Below, piece by piece: positions 19,806-29,320 of a stretch of 64,000 nt of DNA. Position 1 is the first letter of the stretch. Each line of letters starts with the position of its first letter. Made by a program: the position numbers and the translations under genes. Below the pieces are notes generated by a model. That model ran no database searches. It saw only the letters and a list, made by a program, of their open reading frames with translations, and had not been told where the DNA came from. Origin of the DNA: an uncultured Candidatus Saccharibacteria bacterium (GTDB lineage Bacteria; Patescibacteriota; Doudnabacteria; UBA920); the NCBI GenBank assembly GCA_964512925.1, contig CAZEKH010000003.1, positions 80,772 to 144,771 on the forward strand. Direction: 5' to 3'.

Positions 19806-20072
19806 ATGGATGAAATAATACAAGAGTTTAAATTAAATTTTGGTATTTTTTATAAACTTAGACTGTATAAAGATAAGGTAGTAATTAATAAACTTTTTTC
19901 AAAGAAAGTAATACCAGTCCAAAAAATTGCAAATGTTTCTTATAACAAATTAACTGGCCGAGTATTTATAGAAACATCGGGCGGAGAAAAAACAGTAATT
20001 AGAAGTTTTATTTTTGGTAGCTGGCATAATCCCGAAAAGATACAAGAGGCTATATTAGCACTTATTAAATAA
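19806..20072 (+). CDS. moron gene 1, bacterial PH-like domain protein
   Basis: LRLYKDKVVI...KKVIPVQKIANVSY...VFIETSGG...PEKIQEAI; opposite strand to the tail genes. Confidence 0.7.
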   Translation: MDEIIQEFKLNFGIFYKLRLYKDKVVINKLFSKKVIPVQKIANVSYNKLTGRVFIETSGGEKTVIRSFIFGSWHNPEKIQEAILALIK

Positions 20073-20075
20073 AAA

Positions 20076-20339
20076 ATGCCTAAAAATTTATACGATTTAG
20101 CCTCACCACACATTAATTCAAAAGCTGCAAAATCTTGGGCTGAAACAGGAATAAAGAACGCTATTATATTTTCTTGCAAAGATGAGTTGACCTGTGAAGC
20201 CTGTAAAAGAGCAGATGAACAAAAAATTTCAACTGAGTCTGCCCAAAATCCTGACAATGTTCCTCCTTGGAAATTTTGTACAAGCAAACAGGGTTGTCGC
20301 TGCATCCTAAAACCTATTGTTGATGTTAATGATTTTTAG
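20076..20339 (+). CDS. moron gene 2, stand-alone MuF-like Cys domain
   Basis: DELTCEAC...CRCILKPIV aligns by eye with the portal-MuF C-terminus DELVCAYC...CRCITKPVV. Confidence 0.65.
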   Translation: MPKNLYDLASPHINSKAAKSWAETGIKNAIIFSCKDELTCEACKRADEQKISTESAQNPDNVPPWKFCTSKQGCRCILKPIVDVNDF

Positions 20340-20342
20340 TTT

Positions 20343-20374
20343 AACCCCCGCGCACAGGCGCGGGGTTTTCTTTT
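20343..20374 (+). terminator. moron terminator
   Basis: CCCCGCGC-ACAG-GCGCGGGG-TTTTCTTTT. Confidence 0.8.
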
Positions 20375-20378
20375 AAAC

Positions 20379-21368
20379 TTAGTAAGAAGTTTGTGCATTT
20401 GTAACTAAGCAAGTAATTGCTTTTGAGTCACTGGAGGAATATACTGGTTTGAAACTTACATCTTGCATAATTACATCATTTAATTTAAATTCTCTCCCGA
20501 GTTGGGTGAAATAAACTTTAGCTAAGTCAATTCTAACTAGAGGAGTTGCTGAAGTTCCTATGGTGACATCCGAATTTGCAATATCTATACGAAGTGCTTT
20601 TGCAGTGTTTCCCAAAAATGTTGTTTTAAATGAAGCTTCGTCTTGCCAAAATGCTGTAACACTACCCTCAATTGAAATGTTTTTATTTAAGAAGTCGGCA
20701 GGGTCAACGCTTCCTAAAACAAAATCTTCTTCTATGTTGGCCTTGATAGAAAGTTTAAATGACTTAATTGTTACTGCAGAAGCCGCACCTAAACCTGCTA
20801 AGTTAGAAGCTAACTTAAATGTTACATGTTTGTGCGTGAAGCGGTTTTCGGTACTTGTTGCCGGGGTTAGAGTAGCCGTTGCACCTTTCTTAGCACGAAA
20901 ATCTATTTTGTAGGTTATATATTGACCTAACTCATAGCTGATTTCTAAAGAGTCAATCATTCCAAGACCATGTTTGTAATCTTGCCCACCAGCTGGATCA
21001 TCCAAAAATATAGACAAAGCTTGGTGTTGTGAAGTTTGGCCGACTGTAATTGTGTGGTCTTTTATAGTTCCGCTGCCATCAGCGTTTGCGGCTGTGCTTA
21101 AACTTCCTAAAACATTAAGTAAAATTAAAGCAAAATGTTTGTCAGAAATGGGAGCGGTTAAAGATCCTTTCATGTATTGCTTAGCAATATCCCTACTAAA
21201 TGAGTCTTCAATCACGCCGTAAGACTCTTGGTTAATAATATCTTCCTGTATTTCATCGATGTTTATATCTTTCCAAGGAATCCAAAAACTGGCTGCGGTT
21301 TCAGGTGTTCCGCGCACAGTTTCTTTTGCAATTCCGAATTGAGTTGTTCGTCCTATCGCTTTTGGCAT
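20379..21368 (-). CDS. major tail tube protein
   Basis: IGRTTQFGIAKETVRGT N-terminus; lies between tail terminator and chaperone. Confidence 0.82.
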   Translation of the reverse strand: MPKAIGRTTQFGIAKETVRGTPETAASFWIPWKDINIDEIQEDIINQESYGVIEDSFSRDIAKQYMKGSLTAPISDKHFALILLNVLGSLSTAANADGSGTIKDHTITVGQTSQHQALSIFLDDPAGGQDYKHGLGMIDSLEISYELGQYITYKIDFRAKKGATATLTPATSTENRFTHKHVTFKLASNLAGLGAASAVTIKSFKLSIKANIEEDFVLGSVDPADFLNKNISIEGSVTAFWQDEASFKTTFLGNTAKALRIDIANSDVTIGTSATPLVRIDLAKVYFTQLGREFKLNDVIMQDVSFKPVYSSSDSKAITCLVTNAQTSY

Positions 21369-21380
21369 ATATTTTTTATA

Positions 21381-21554
21381 TTAGTTAATTTTATTAATGG
21401 GTTTTTTAATTTTTTCGTATTTTTCACAAGCCTCTTCCAAACTATCAGCTTCAATAGTAATAGGCTCAAAAAGTGTACCGCCAGAAAAAAAGTAAGCTTC
21501 TTTTGTTTTAACCTGCTCCGGCTTCATGGCTTTGTTTGGATAATCTTTTTCCAT
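21381..21554 (-). CDS. 57-aa hypothetical phage protein
   Basis: Manual translation MEKDYPNKAMK...YFFSGGTLFEPITIEADSLEEACEKY...; fills the intergenic gap. Confidence 0.6.
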   Translation of the reverse strand: MEKDYPNKAMKPEQVKTKEAYFFSGGTLFEPITIEADSLEEACEKYEKIKKPINKIN

Positions 21555-21559
21555 AAAAT

Positions 21560-21994
21560 TTATGTTAGTTGTTCAACTGCTCTTACTTTTAAAGTAATTA
21601 AAAATACTGTCATTGAATAATCGGTTTCGCTTATTGGCCCCACTTGGCTAACTGCTGGCTCTAACGCAATACTTAGCCCGTCTAAAGTTTCATTATCAGC
21701 AAATTTTTTTCTGATGACCTCGCTTAAATCTTCCAAGTATGTTTCACCATCAATGTTGTCAGTTTTTTCTATAACTAAAATTTCGAAGGTATGGGTAACT
21801 TCATTATCGCGGTTGGTTGCCCGTTCGCCGCTAAAGCTATTATTTGCCAATACAGCCACGGGAAATTTATCGGTTTTTAGGCTAAAAATGGCCGTTGGCT
21901 TGTTTAAAACTATGACATCGGCTAAATCCCCGGTGTTAACCAAATCGTTCAGCAAATCCCTTATTTTTAGTTTTATATCCCCTGTTTGTGACAT
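21560..21994 (-). CDS. tail terminator-like protein
   Basis: Synteny; FPVAVL...NETLDG pattern. Confidence 0.65.
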   Translation of the reverse strand: MSQTGDIKLKIRDLLNDLVNTGDLADVIVLNKPTAIFSLKTDKFPVAVLANNSFSGERATNRDNEVTHTFEILVIEKTDNIDGETYLEDLSEVIRKKFADNETLDGLSIALEPAVSQVGPISETDYSMTVFLITLKVRAVEQLT

Positions 21995-21995
21995 A

Positions 21996-22406
21996 TTAGT
22001 CGTTGGCTATTTTTTTGGTTATTTGTTCTAAAGCTTTCTTAAAAATGTCGCTAATTTTAATTTGTGATTTTTGCAATATCCTAACCATAAAAGGGTTTGG
22101 GGTTATTCTTGACGTTCCTTCATGTACATAAATTGCATATTGGGCGGTAGGTCCGATTGTACCCTCAAGCTTGCTTGGCGTTGCCCTAACCATGGCAGAC
22201 GCTTCGCTAAAACTAAGCTCTAAATATCCTGTACGTTCTGATCTTGGTGTTTTAAACAAAAACTGTGGATCTCGCGCGTTATAAACAATTTCCGCTAAAC
22301 TAAAATTGATAGCTTTTGCAAAAATTGGTTTGCTGATATCCGGATATTTTTTCAGCCGGTTTTGCAATTCTTTTAATCCCTCAATTTTTACATCTATATT
22401 TGGCAT
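21996..22406 (-). CDS. HK97 gp10-like tail completion protein
   Basis: IEGLKEL, RTGYLELS, YAIYVHEGTSRITPNPFM. Confidence 0.82.
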   Translation of the reverse strand: MPNIDVKIEGLKELQNRLKKYPDISKPIFAKAINFSLAEIVYNARDPQFLFKTPRSERTGYLELSFSEASAMVRATPSKLEGTIGPTAQYAIYVHEGTSRITPNPFMVRILQKSQIKISDIFKKALEQITKKIAND

Positions 22407-23054
22407 TTAAATTATCGGCATTACTATTCTCCTATGGGCTTTTAGTGTTTCAGTGTCTTCCATATCCAATTCTTTTGACCAAGTTATGGTATTTGAATTA
22501 AAACTTTCAGACGATTTACCCGGGTGTTCCCGGCGCTGATACCATTTTGTAACTAGTTTTTCCGCAAGCTCTGTTATTTCTGCCGGCAGTGTATGAAGTG
22601 TTTTATTCCCAAAATTTTTAAAGTCAATCAAGTATCCGGCCGTGTAACTTGCGATCCTTAGAGTATTTACGCCTTGGACTAAACCTTGGTTTAAATAGGT
22701 ATAAAACTTAATCATTCCGCTTGATCCGTCCCCAACTAATTCATAGTCGTTATTTGTATATGCTGTCCAAACTGGACTGCCTACAGATCCTTGCCTGTAT
22801 TGGACGGCTCCTAAATTTGTAACAGGGGAATTTTTTAACAATACTATTGTTTCCCTTTGACCCCGCACGGTGTAAAGTTCGTTTGTATATGTGCTGTTTA
22901 AAAAACGCCTGTTGCACTGGTTTTCTATCCAATCAGTTACGCTGTTTATAATGCGTCCTAAAACAATATCTTTTCCGGGTTTGTCAATTGATAGCTTGTC
23001 CTTGACTCGGTCTAAGGTAGTTAGCGCGTATGGATAAATTATTTCGTTAGACAT
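22407..23054 (-). CDS. head-tail adaptor
   Basis: LTTLDRVK, IENQCNRRF, YTAGY, LPAEI. Confidence 0.78.
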   Translation of the reverse strand: MSNEIIYPYALTTLDRVKDKLSIDKPGKDIVLGRIINSVTDWIENQCNRRFLNSTYTNELYTVRGQRETIVLLKNSPVTNLGAVQYRQGSVGSPVWTAYTNNDYELVGDGSSGMIKFYTYLNQGLVQGVNTLRIASYTAGYLIDFKNFGNKTLHTLPAEITELAEKLVTKWYQRREHPGKSSESFNSNTITWSKELDMEDTETLKAHRRIVMPII

Positions 23055-23125
23055 AAATTTTTTTTAAAGGCTGGCTCTCTCCCCCTTTGGGTCGATTCAA
23101 AAGGGGAAATTTGCCAATTTTTAAA

Positions 23126-23434
23126 TTAAACGGCCGGGGTTTCCGGGGTGACAGGCTCGGTTGACTCAACGGGCAAAGTTTCGCTTTCCTGGACAGGGGT
23201 TTGTTCAGGCTGGACTACCGGGGTTTCCGGGGTGACAGGGGTTTGTACTTCTTCGGACATTTTAGTTTCCTCTGTGGCTACGGACTCAAAAGACTCCGCA
23301 CCAATTAAATTGATTAACTCTTCACTAAGTTCCAAAACTTTTTTATTGGGTATTATGCCGCCTACGTGGTCGATGCTATGAGAGCCAAGCAAATGCCCAA
23401 CTCCAATGCTATGTAATGCTTTAACTTTTGGCAT
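23126..23434 (-). CDS. hypothetical protein with P/E/T-rich tail
   Basis: Follows the capsid gene; PVTPETP occurs twice. Confidence 0.65.
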   Translation of the reverse strand: MPKVKALHSIGVGHLLGSHSIDHVGGIIPNKKVLELSEELINLIGAESFESVATEETKMSEEVQTPVTPETPVVQPEQTPVQESETLPVESTEPVTPETPAV

Positions 23435-23457
23435 AGGTTTTTTTTAATGTTTAAGGC

Positions 23458-23490
23458 TCTTAGGCCCCAAGCAAAAGCCGGGGGCCTAAG
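23458..23490 (-). terminator. hairpin after the major capsid gene
   Basis: CTTAGGCCCC...GGGGCCTAAG inverted repeat. Confidence 0.55.
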
Positions 23491-23500
23491 ATTAAAAACT

Positions 23501-24637
23501 TTAGGTGGCAGAAGTTTTTAAAACTGCAAATGCGGTTGGCAAACCAACGGCCATCGCAACTCTTTCCGTAACCCTCAAGACTTTCTGGTTAGCGGCAAAG
23601 GCGTTTACTCCGCCAACTGTCGCGGCGTCAGAAATATCTACTGTCATACCCATTCTATCGCCGAAGAATAGATATTTAAGGTTTCCAAATATGATATATT
23701 TGGTTGAAACTGCGGTGCTGGACGGCATCTTTTCTGAAAGATATACCGGGTAATTCCAGATATATGCGGCTGGAACCAATACCGGGGACTCGGCGCCTGC
23801 TCCATAAATTACCGGAGTTGGGCTGGTAACAATGTAGTTACCAGCAGTATCTTTCTGCTTTTGGGCGATCGCCAAAACCAAGCGGTGCATTATAAATGCC
23901 GCGCCAGACAAAGCGGTCGGTTTAACCTGGGCGATAAGATCGCGCAAGTTGTCGGCCGTGGTGCAAAGGGTAAAGGTACTGTTACCAGCGGACGGGGTAT
24001 TAATGGTGACGTTTGCGTCGCCCAGAATACCAGTAAAAGGAGAACCAGTGCCGGTCAAACCTTGGCTATCTTCTTCACCTGCAATGGCTTCTGCTATAAT
24101 TTCGAGTAACCAGTCGGTTACGGAAATGTTAGCGTCGGCCAAAAGTTCGTTAGAAACAGCGGTCAAAACGACGGCGGTTTTAGCGGTTAAAACCACATTA
24201 CCCAAAACCGGGTCAGAGGCTGTGCCGGCGGTGTTTTCACCCGGCCAGTAAACAGTTACCGAGCTGGTCAAACGAGGCAAATTTAAAATCTGTTCGTTCA
24301 TTGTGAATTTGGTTGCGAATTTACGAACCAAACCAAAGTCCTCAACAATGCGGGCAATGCCTTGCTGAATTTCCTGCGGGACCAAGTAACCACCGGCTGT
24401 GGTAGTACCTTCGGAAAGAGCTTTAAGCTTTTCAGCAAACTCTTTCTTTTTGGCCAAGGAAATGCCGGACTTGCGCATATTGGACACTAACCTGCTAAGG
24501 TCGATTTGTTCGATCATAGCTTTAACTCTCGCGTCAACGGATGCGTCCACCATTTGGGGAACCTGCTCCTTGATAGCAGTTGCGGCGGCTTCTTTGAATT
24601 TCTCGGTCAAAGTTGCCATTGCTTTTTCGTCAAACAT
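23501..24637 (-). CDS. major capsid protein, HK97 fold
   Basis: GGYLVPQE, VSNELLADA, GTGSPFTGIL, IFGNL. Confidence 0.93.
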   Translation of the reverse strand: MFDEKAMATLTEKFKEAAATAIKEQVPQMVDASVDARVKAMIEQIDLSRLVSNMRKSGISLAKKKEFAEKLKALSEGTTTAGGYLVPQEIQQGIARIVEDFGLVRKFATKFTMNEQILNLPRLTSSVTVYWPGENTAGTASDPVLGNVVLTAKTAVVLTAVSNELLADANISVTDWLLEIIAEAIAGEEDSQGLTGTGSPFTGILGDANVTINTPSAGNSTFTLCTTADNLRDLIAQVKPTALSGAAFIMHRLVLAIAQKQKDTAGNYIVTSPTPVIYGAGAESPVLVPAAYIWNYPVYLSEKMPSSTAVSTKYIIFGNLKYLFFGDRMGMTVDISDAATVGGVNAFAANQKVLRVTERVAMAVGLPTAFAVLKTSAT

Positions 24638-24649
24638 ATATTTTGTTTG

Positions 24650-25813
24650 TTAATTATTTAGAGCGGCTAATTTTTTATTTGCAACTGCCCCGGCCTCGCT
24701 CAATGCCGTTACAGCTGCGCCAGTAAGCTTCTTAACTAAAAGCCATTGATCCAAAGCCTTTATGTCCTCGTCGCTTAACTGAATTTGTTTTTTGGTTTCC
24801 TCGCCCTTATTTTCTAAAGGCTGATCTACCTGCTTATCACCCTGCTCGGTTGCGTCATACAACTCTTGCAAGGCGCCTTGTGTAGCCGTTAAGCCATCAA
24901 TTGTTGATTTTATAAGTGTCCTGTTTTTTTCCGAAAGCACCCGTCCAGCTTTTACTTTTAAAAATTCAATATGTTTAAATTTTTCCACTTTTACCGCCGC
25001 GGAAATTAAGCTTTTTTCTGCCATATCTTCGCCTTCCGGATCATTAGCCAACACAGTCAACATACCGGCTGTTTCAAGTAGTAATTCCTTAAACTGCTCT
25101 GGTTTAGTTTCGGGCTGTAAATACACGCCACAGAAAGCAGAAATAATATCGTATACATCATCCACGTTATCCCATTTTTCCTGCATGGTATCGAATGTGA
25201 TTGTTTCCATAGCTGCAAGCCTATCTGCAACCGCACCTTTTTCATCCTGCACATCTGCTGTAGTTTCAAATTTAGGTTCAAATCCTTTCGTTTTTAACAT
25301 TTCCATATTTACCCCAGCTTCTTCTACTTGGCGCAATGATAATGCCTGCGGGTTAGCCGGCACCGGTACTACACTAACCTCTAACAGTTCGGATTTTGTG
25401 ATTATATTGCCGTTCATTTCCTTTGGAATAAATCCAACGGAAACGGTGTTGACCATTTTAAGGTCATAAAGTTTTCGGATCTGTTGGGCAAAATCAGTCG
25501 GCGCAAATCTTCCCTCGATTATTAAATTGCCATTTTCCATTCCAGCCTTGTCTACAACCCCGATCGGCGGCTGGGTGTAGTCATGCGCCCAAAGTAGTAC
25601 CGGGTTGGTTAAATAGTTAGCCAAATCCCAGCCTTTTTGGTCGATGCTTTCGCCTTGCCTATCAATGGCTGGGGTGGAAGCCACAAACTTAAAAGTTCCA
25701 GTATCAGTTTTAGCTTTAGTTTCAATTATAAGATCCTGATTTTCTTTTGTTGAAAGACTGGCAAATAACTGTGCTTTTAAATCCTCTGTAAGTTTTTTGA
25801 AAATATCTTGCAT
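24650..25813 (-). CDS. HK97-type prohead protease with C-terminal extension
   Basis: IDRQGE, NPVLLWAHD, VSVGF, ELLEVSVVPVPANPQAL; KAGRVLSEKN. Confidence 0.9.
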   Translation of the reverse strand: MQDIFKKLTEDLKAQLFASLSTKENQDLIIETKAKTDTGTFKFVASTPAIDRQGESIDQKGWDLANYLTNPVLLWAHDYTQPPIGVVDKAGMENGNLIIEGRFAPTDFAQQIRKLYDLKMVNTVSVGFIPKEMNGNIITKSELLEVSVVPVPANPQALSLRQVEEAGVNMEMLKTKGFEPKFETTADVQDEKGAVADRLAAMETITFDTMQEKWDNVDDVYDIISAFCGVYLQPETKPEQFKELLLETAGMLTVLANDPEGEDMAEKSLISAAVKVEKFKHIEFLKVKAGRVLSEKNRTLIKSTIDGLTATQGALQELYDATEQGDKQVDQPLENKGEETKKQIQLSDEDIKALDQWLLVKKLTGAAVTALSEAGAVANKKLAALNN

Positions 25814-25831
25814 ATTTTTATTATTTTTAAT

Positions 25832-26158
25832 TTAAGATTTAGGTAATTTAGGCAATACTCTGATTTTTATTCCCGAGTAAGTAACTGTTTGTCCTGAAAT
25901 AGTCACCTTAATTTCTGCATCAAATTCCCCTATTTCGTCAAAATTTCCTGTGGCCACGGTATATTTGCAAGTGCCGGCGGGGCCGCTTACAATACTCATC
26001 GATCCAGTAAACTTAAGTCCTGTGTTGTGTTGTTTTTGAACATTCAACACAATTGTCGCGCCGGTTATGTTAATAACCCCGCCTGAATAGTCCTGTAATG
26101 TGAAATTCAGATCATAACCTACATCGTCTTGTATAACTTCGGTATTAGTTATTTGCAT
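25832..26158 (-). CDS. BppU-like virion protein
   Basis: IQDDVG..LNFTL...NITGATI...GTCKY...GEFDAEIKV. Confidence 0.6.
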   Translation of the reverse strand: MQITNTEVIQDDVGYDLNFTLQDYSGGVINITGATIVLNVQKQHNTGLKFTGSMSIVSGPAGTCKYTVATGNFDEIGEFDAEIKVTISGQTVTYSGIKIRVLPKLPKS

Positions 26159-26159
26159 A

Positions 26160-27683
26160 TTATTTGGGCAGTCTTAAAGTATTATTTTTTTTAGTATCTT
26201 TAAGTCCAATGGAATTTTTAAATACTTGTTTTAAAATATAACTTTTGATTTTTGAAAACCCTGCCATACTGGCTGAAAAAACATTCAACAAATCAACAAA
26301 TAAATTGCTTTCAACAAAAGTTTTATAGATTTTTTTTACTAGACTATCAGTTACCGAAACTACTTCCGACAATGTTTTAAGAAAAACTCTGATTGAAGTT
26401 ACAATATCTGTATACACCGCTGATTCCGTAAATGTTTTTGTTATTTGTTTAACAAGACTATCCACATAACTCTGAATTTCGCTAAATGTTTTAGTTACTG
26501 ACTTAACCAAACTATCACTGCTTGTTACAGTTTCGGTTAGAGTTTTTAAAAAAACCCTTATTGTGGTTAAAACATCGCTGTTGGTTACTGCATCTGTTAA
26601 CCTTTTTGTGACACTTTTTGTCAAAGTATCAACTATAGACCGTGCTTCGCTTAATATCTTGTTGACCGATTTAACTAAACTATCAGTATTGGTTACAGTT
26701 TCAACCAAATTTTTAAGAAAAATTCGGATTGTTGTTAATGTATCGCTGTTGTTTATACTTTCGTTTAATCTTTTTAAGACACTGCGTATTAATGAGTCAG
26801 TAAAGTTTTGAATTTCAGTATTATTTTTTGATACACTTTTAACAAGGATATTTCCCATCAAATTATTTTCCGCAAACAGTTTTGCAACTTGTTTTGTTAA
26901 AGTATCATTTATTGAAGTTAATTCGGTTAATGTTTGAAAGTATGAACCAGCATTCAAATTTCCCATTATTTTGTCAGGAAAAACAAGTAAACTGTAAGGA
27001 TTGCGACTGATAATTCTAACTTCATGAGGACTTAAAACGCGATTATATTTAAGAAAATATCCTATATTTCCATCATAAAATTTTTCTGCGGCTGGCCAGT
27101 GACCGGCTCCTATTGCGGTGTTAGACAAATTAAATCCTTGTATATTTGTCCCATTTCCATCTTTATTACCATCTAAATAAAATTGATAGTCTCCAGTAGT
27201 GGAGTTATAACTTAATCCACCGTGGTGAAATTTATTTGCTGTAAGCGCGGTGTTGCTTTGGCCTAATTGCAAAGTTTGCGAAGATAAAAATCCTTGAACC
27301 GATGCATACCATCTGTATTCAATTCCTGCGCTTGCATTTGTTGTATAAATTCCGTTTACTTGCGCCCCTGGGTTATCCAGCTCCGCCCCAACTAACAAAG
27401 TAAATGTTTGGCTCATATACTTTGCGTCAGTACCCATATCTATATACATCGTTCCCGAGTAAAATCTCGGCGTTACCCCATCACCTTGCACCGATGTCCA
27501 TTTTTGATCATTTGGGTTTGTTAAAGTAAATGTTTTGTTATCAACCAAATTTCGGACAGTATTGCCTCCGCGTTCCAAAAAGAAAAAAGCAATATCAAGT
27601 CCTCTGGTCAACGGATTATTTCTATCCAAAACCGCTCCAGCTGGTGGTTTTATTTTCCAAGTTTTTGGACGTAAAATAATCAT
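26160..27683 (-). CDS. LamG/ConA-like domain plus Thr/Ser/Val-rich repeats, virion fibre-like
   Basis: FYLDG, GNIGYFLKYNRVLSPHEV; repeated xLTETVTxxDSLVKSVxK units. Confidence 0.7.
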   Translation of the reverse strand: MIILRPKTWKIKPPAGAVLDRNNPLTRGLDIAFFFLERGGNTVRNLVDNKTFTLTNPNDQKWTSVQGDGVTPRFYSGTMYIDMGTDAKYMSQTFTLLVGAELDNPGAQVNGIYTTNASAGIEYRWYASVQGFLSSQTLQLGQSNTALTANKFHHGGLSYNSTTGDYQFYLDGNKDGNGTNIQGFNLSNTAIGAGHWPAAEKFYDGNIGYFLKYNRVLSPHEVRIISRNPYSLLVFPDKIMGNLNAGSYFQTLTELTSINDTLTKQVAKLFAENNLMGNILVKSVSKNNTEIQNFTDSLIRSVLKRLNESINNSDTLTTIRIFLKNLVETVTNTDSLVKSVNKILSEARSIVDTLTKSVTKRLTDAVTNSDVLTTIRVFLKTLTETVTSSDSLVKSVTKTFSEIQSYVDSLVKQITKTFTESAVYTDIVTSIRVFLKTLSEVVSVTDSLVKKIYKTFVESNLFVDLLNVFSASMAGFSKIKSYILKQVFKNSIGLKDTKKNNTLRLPK

Positions 27684-27685
27684 AT

Positions 27686-28165
27686 TTATACCGCTTGCGC
27701 ATACAAACCTTGATAAATTTTGGCGTGGTTGCCTTCGGTAGAATCCAAGGCAGCGCCGGATTTATTTTCAACAACAATACCCCACTTTTCAGGCATAACG
27801 CCGCCAAACGCTTGTGCTACTGAAAATGTAGCTTTGTAAGTTGTAGCGTTTGAAACAACATTGATTACGCCCAAAAATTTAAGGTTTGTTGGTGAAATTA
27901 AAGTTATAGCCGCATCAGTAGAGCCGGCATTTTCGGTTCTATTGGTCCCGCCATCAGCCGTACCATACGCATAAACATTCACATAACCGGTAGTTAACAC
28001 GCCGGACGCTCCGCTCTTAATGTTTAGGTGCAAAATTACATCCATAAAAACATTTGTGCTGTTGTCAATTTCTGTGGACTGCCTAGCCGAGTTATTAGCT
28101 AAAGAGGCTAAAGAGCAAGTGATGCTTTGATTATTGGTTCCAAATTTTTGTTTAATATCAGCCAT
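27686..28165 (-). CDS. putative virion structural protein
   Basis: Beta-rich; SLASLANN, WGIVVENKSGAAL; in the late operon. Confidence 0.6.
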   Translation of the reverse strand: MADIKQKFGTNNQSITCSLASLANNSARQSTEIDNSTNVFMDVILHLNIKSGASGVLTTGYVNVYAYGTADGGTNRTENAGSTDAAITLISPTNLKFLGVINVVSNATTYKATFSVAQAFGGVMPEKWGIVVENKSGAALDSTEGNHAKIYQGLYAQAV

Positions 28166-28169
28166 ATTT

Positions 28170-28673
28170 TTATATTGCCAACGCTTGTGCTATATCGTCA
28201 GCGGTTATGGAATTATTTATGTAAGGAATACCAGAGGTTATAACATTGAAGCGTGGGGCAAAATCCTGTTTAACTGTTCTTTCTTTTTCTACATCCCTTG
28301 CTGGATGTACTTTACTGTTTGCTGTTGAAACAATACTCGCAAATTCAGTATTAAGTGTGGTAGTTCCTGAAACAACCGAACCATCTGGTTTTACAATTCT
28401 GTTATCCCCAATATATGGGTAAGATTTAGTAACTTCCTCGTATGCTTGCCTAAAAGTTACCTCTGGCTCGTGGATAGTATCTACAACCACGTGGCTTATT
28501 GAATAAGGACTATTCATCAAGTCCGCAATTTCTTGATTGTTTTTGCCGGCATATCCCTGCTCTGCCGGATCATTTTGTATTTCTTCTTTAACTTTCAAAA
28601 GTGCTTGATTCAAATAAGCCTGGGCTTGTTCTGGCGAAACTCCGTCAGATATTAATGCGTTGTTATTAATCAT
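28170..28673 (-). CDS. hypothetical phage protein
   Basis: EIQNDPAEQGY...QEIADLMN; tightly packed in the operon. Confidence 0.6.
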   Translation of the reverse strand: MINNNALISDGVSPEQAQAYLNQALLKVKEEIQNDPAEQGYAGKNNQEIADLMNSPYSISHVVVDTIHEPEVTFRQAYEEVTKSYPYIGDNRIVKPDGSVVSGTTTLNTEFASIVSTANSKVHPARDVEKERTVKQDFAPRFNVITSGIPYINNSITADDIAQALAI

Positions 28674-28685
28674 ATTTTTTATAAA

Positions 28686-29288
28686 TTAAGAGGCTTGAAT
28701 TTTCCAAGTAAACTGCAAGCTGTCGCCGGATGCTAAGTTGACGGCAGTAAATACTTGCCTGCAAAGCATTGTCCCAGCTGTAGCGGCATTAAATACCCCA
28801 CTTTCGGTAACCGCAATTGTAGCGGACGCGGTAGCAGTTCCCTGCAATTGGGCAGTGTCGTTGGTAACAGTGGTTGTTACGCGCGAGGCGGTTGGCGCGG
28901 CAATAACATGGGTTGTAGTTGCGCCGTTCGAGGCATCTTTTTCGGTTTGTAGCGCGGTGTCGCCGGCAGCGGCCGCGGTTGTACCAGTCCCCCAGCCAAT
29001 ATATGCAAATACTGCTTCGGCGCCCGATCCGTTGATCCTTGAAGCAATAGCGGCTTTACCAGCCGAAACGACGAGGTTTGCTACAACTCTTTTGTTGGAC
29101 CAAGAGCCAAACAAAAAATCCAATTTGCCTAAAGCCCCATTAATCCAGTTAGGATTTAACAAATTCTTTTTTAACAAAAACCTAGTCAAAGAGTTTTCCT
29201 GAAACATTGGTTTAATGTTTCCGTCTTTGTCAAAATGCTGGTACTCAACAACCCCCAGCGGGGTTAAATTTTCGCTTTTCAATTCCAT
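28686..29288 (-). CDS. virion protein resembling 15760-16317
   Basis: NLVVSAGK...YIGWGTG...DTALQTE...TESGVFNA...GDSLQFTW. Confidence 0.65.
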   Translation of the reverse strand: MELKSENLTPLGVVEYQHFDKDGNIKPMFQENSLTRFLLKKNLLNPNWINGALGKLDFLFGSWSNKRVVANLVVSAGKAAIASRINGSGAEAVFAYIGWGTGTTAAAAGDTALQTEKDASNGATTTHVIAAPTASRVTTTVTNDTAQLQGTATASATIAVTESGVFNAATAGTMLCRQVFTAVNLASGDSLQFTWKIQAS

Positions 29289-29320
29289 ATTTTTTTACTT
29301 AATTTTTTAAGTTTATAAAT

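Noticed and set aside
21996-23054. No separate head-closure gene, read as a defective prophage
   Set aside because: There is no gap or remnant between the adaptor and the gp10-like gene; the function may be fused or unrecognised.
15055-27683. Diversity-generating retroelement acting on fibre genes
   Set aside because: No reverse transcriptase and no TR/VR pair differing at adenines was seen.
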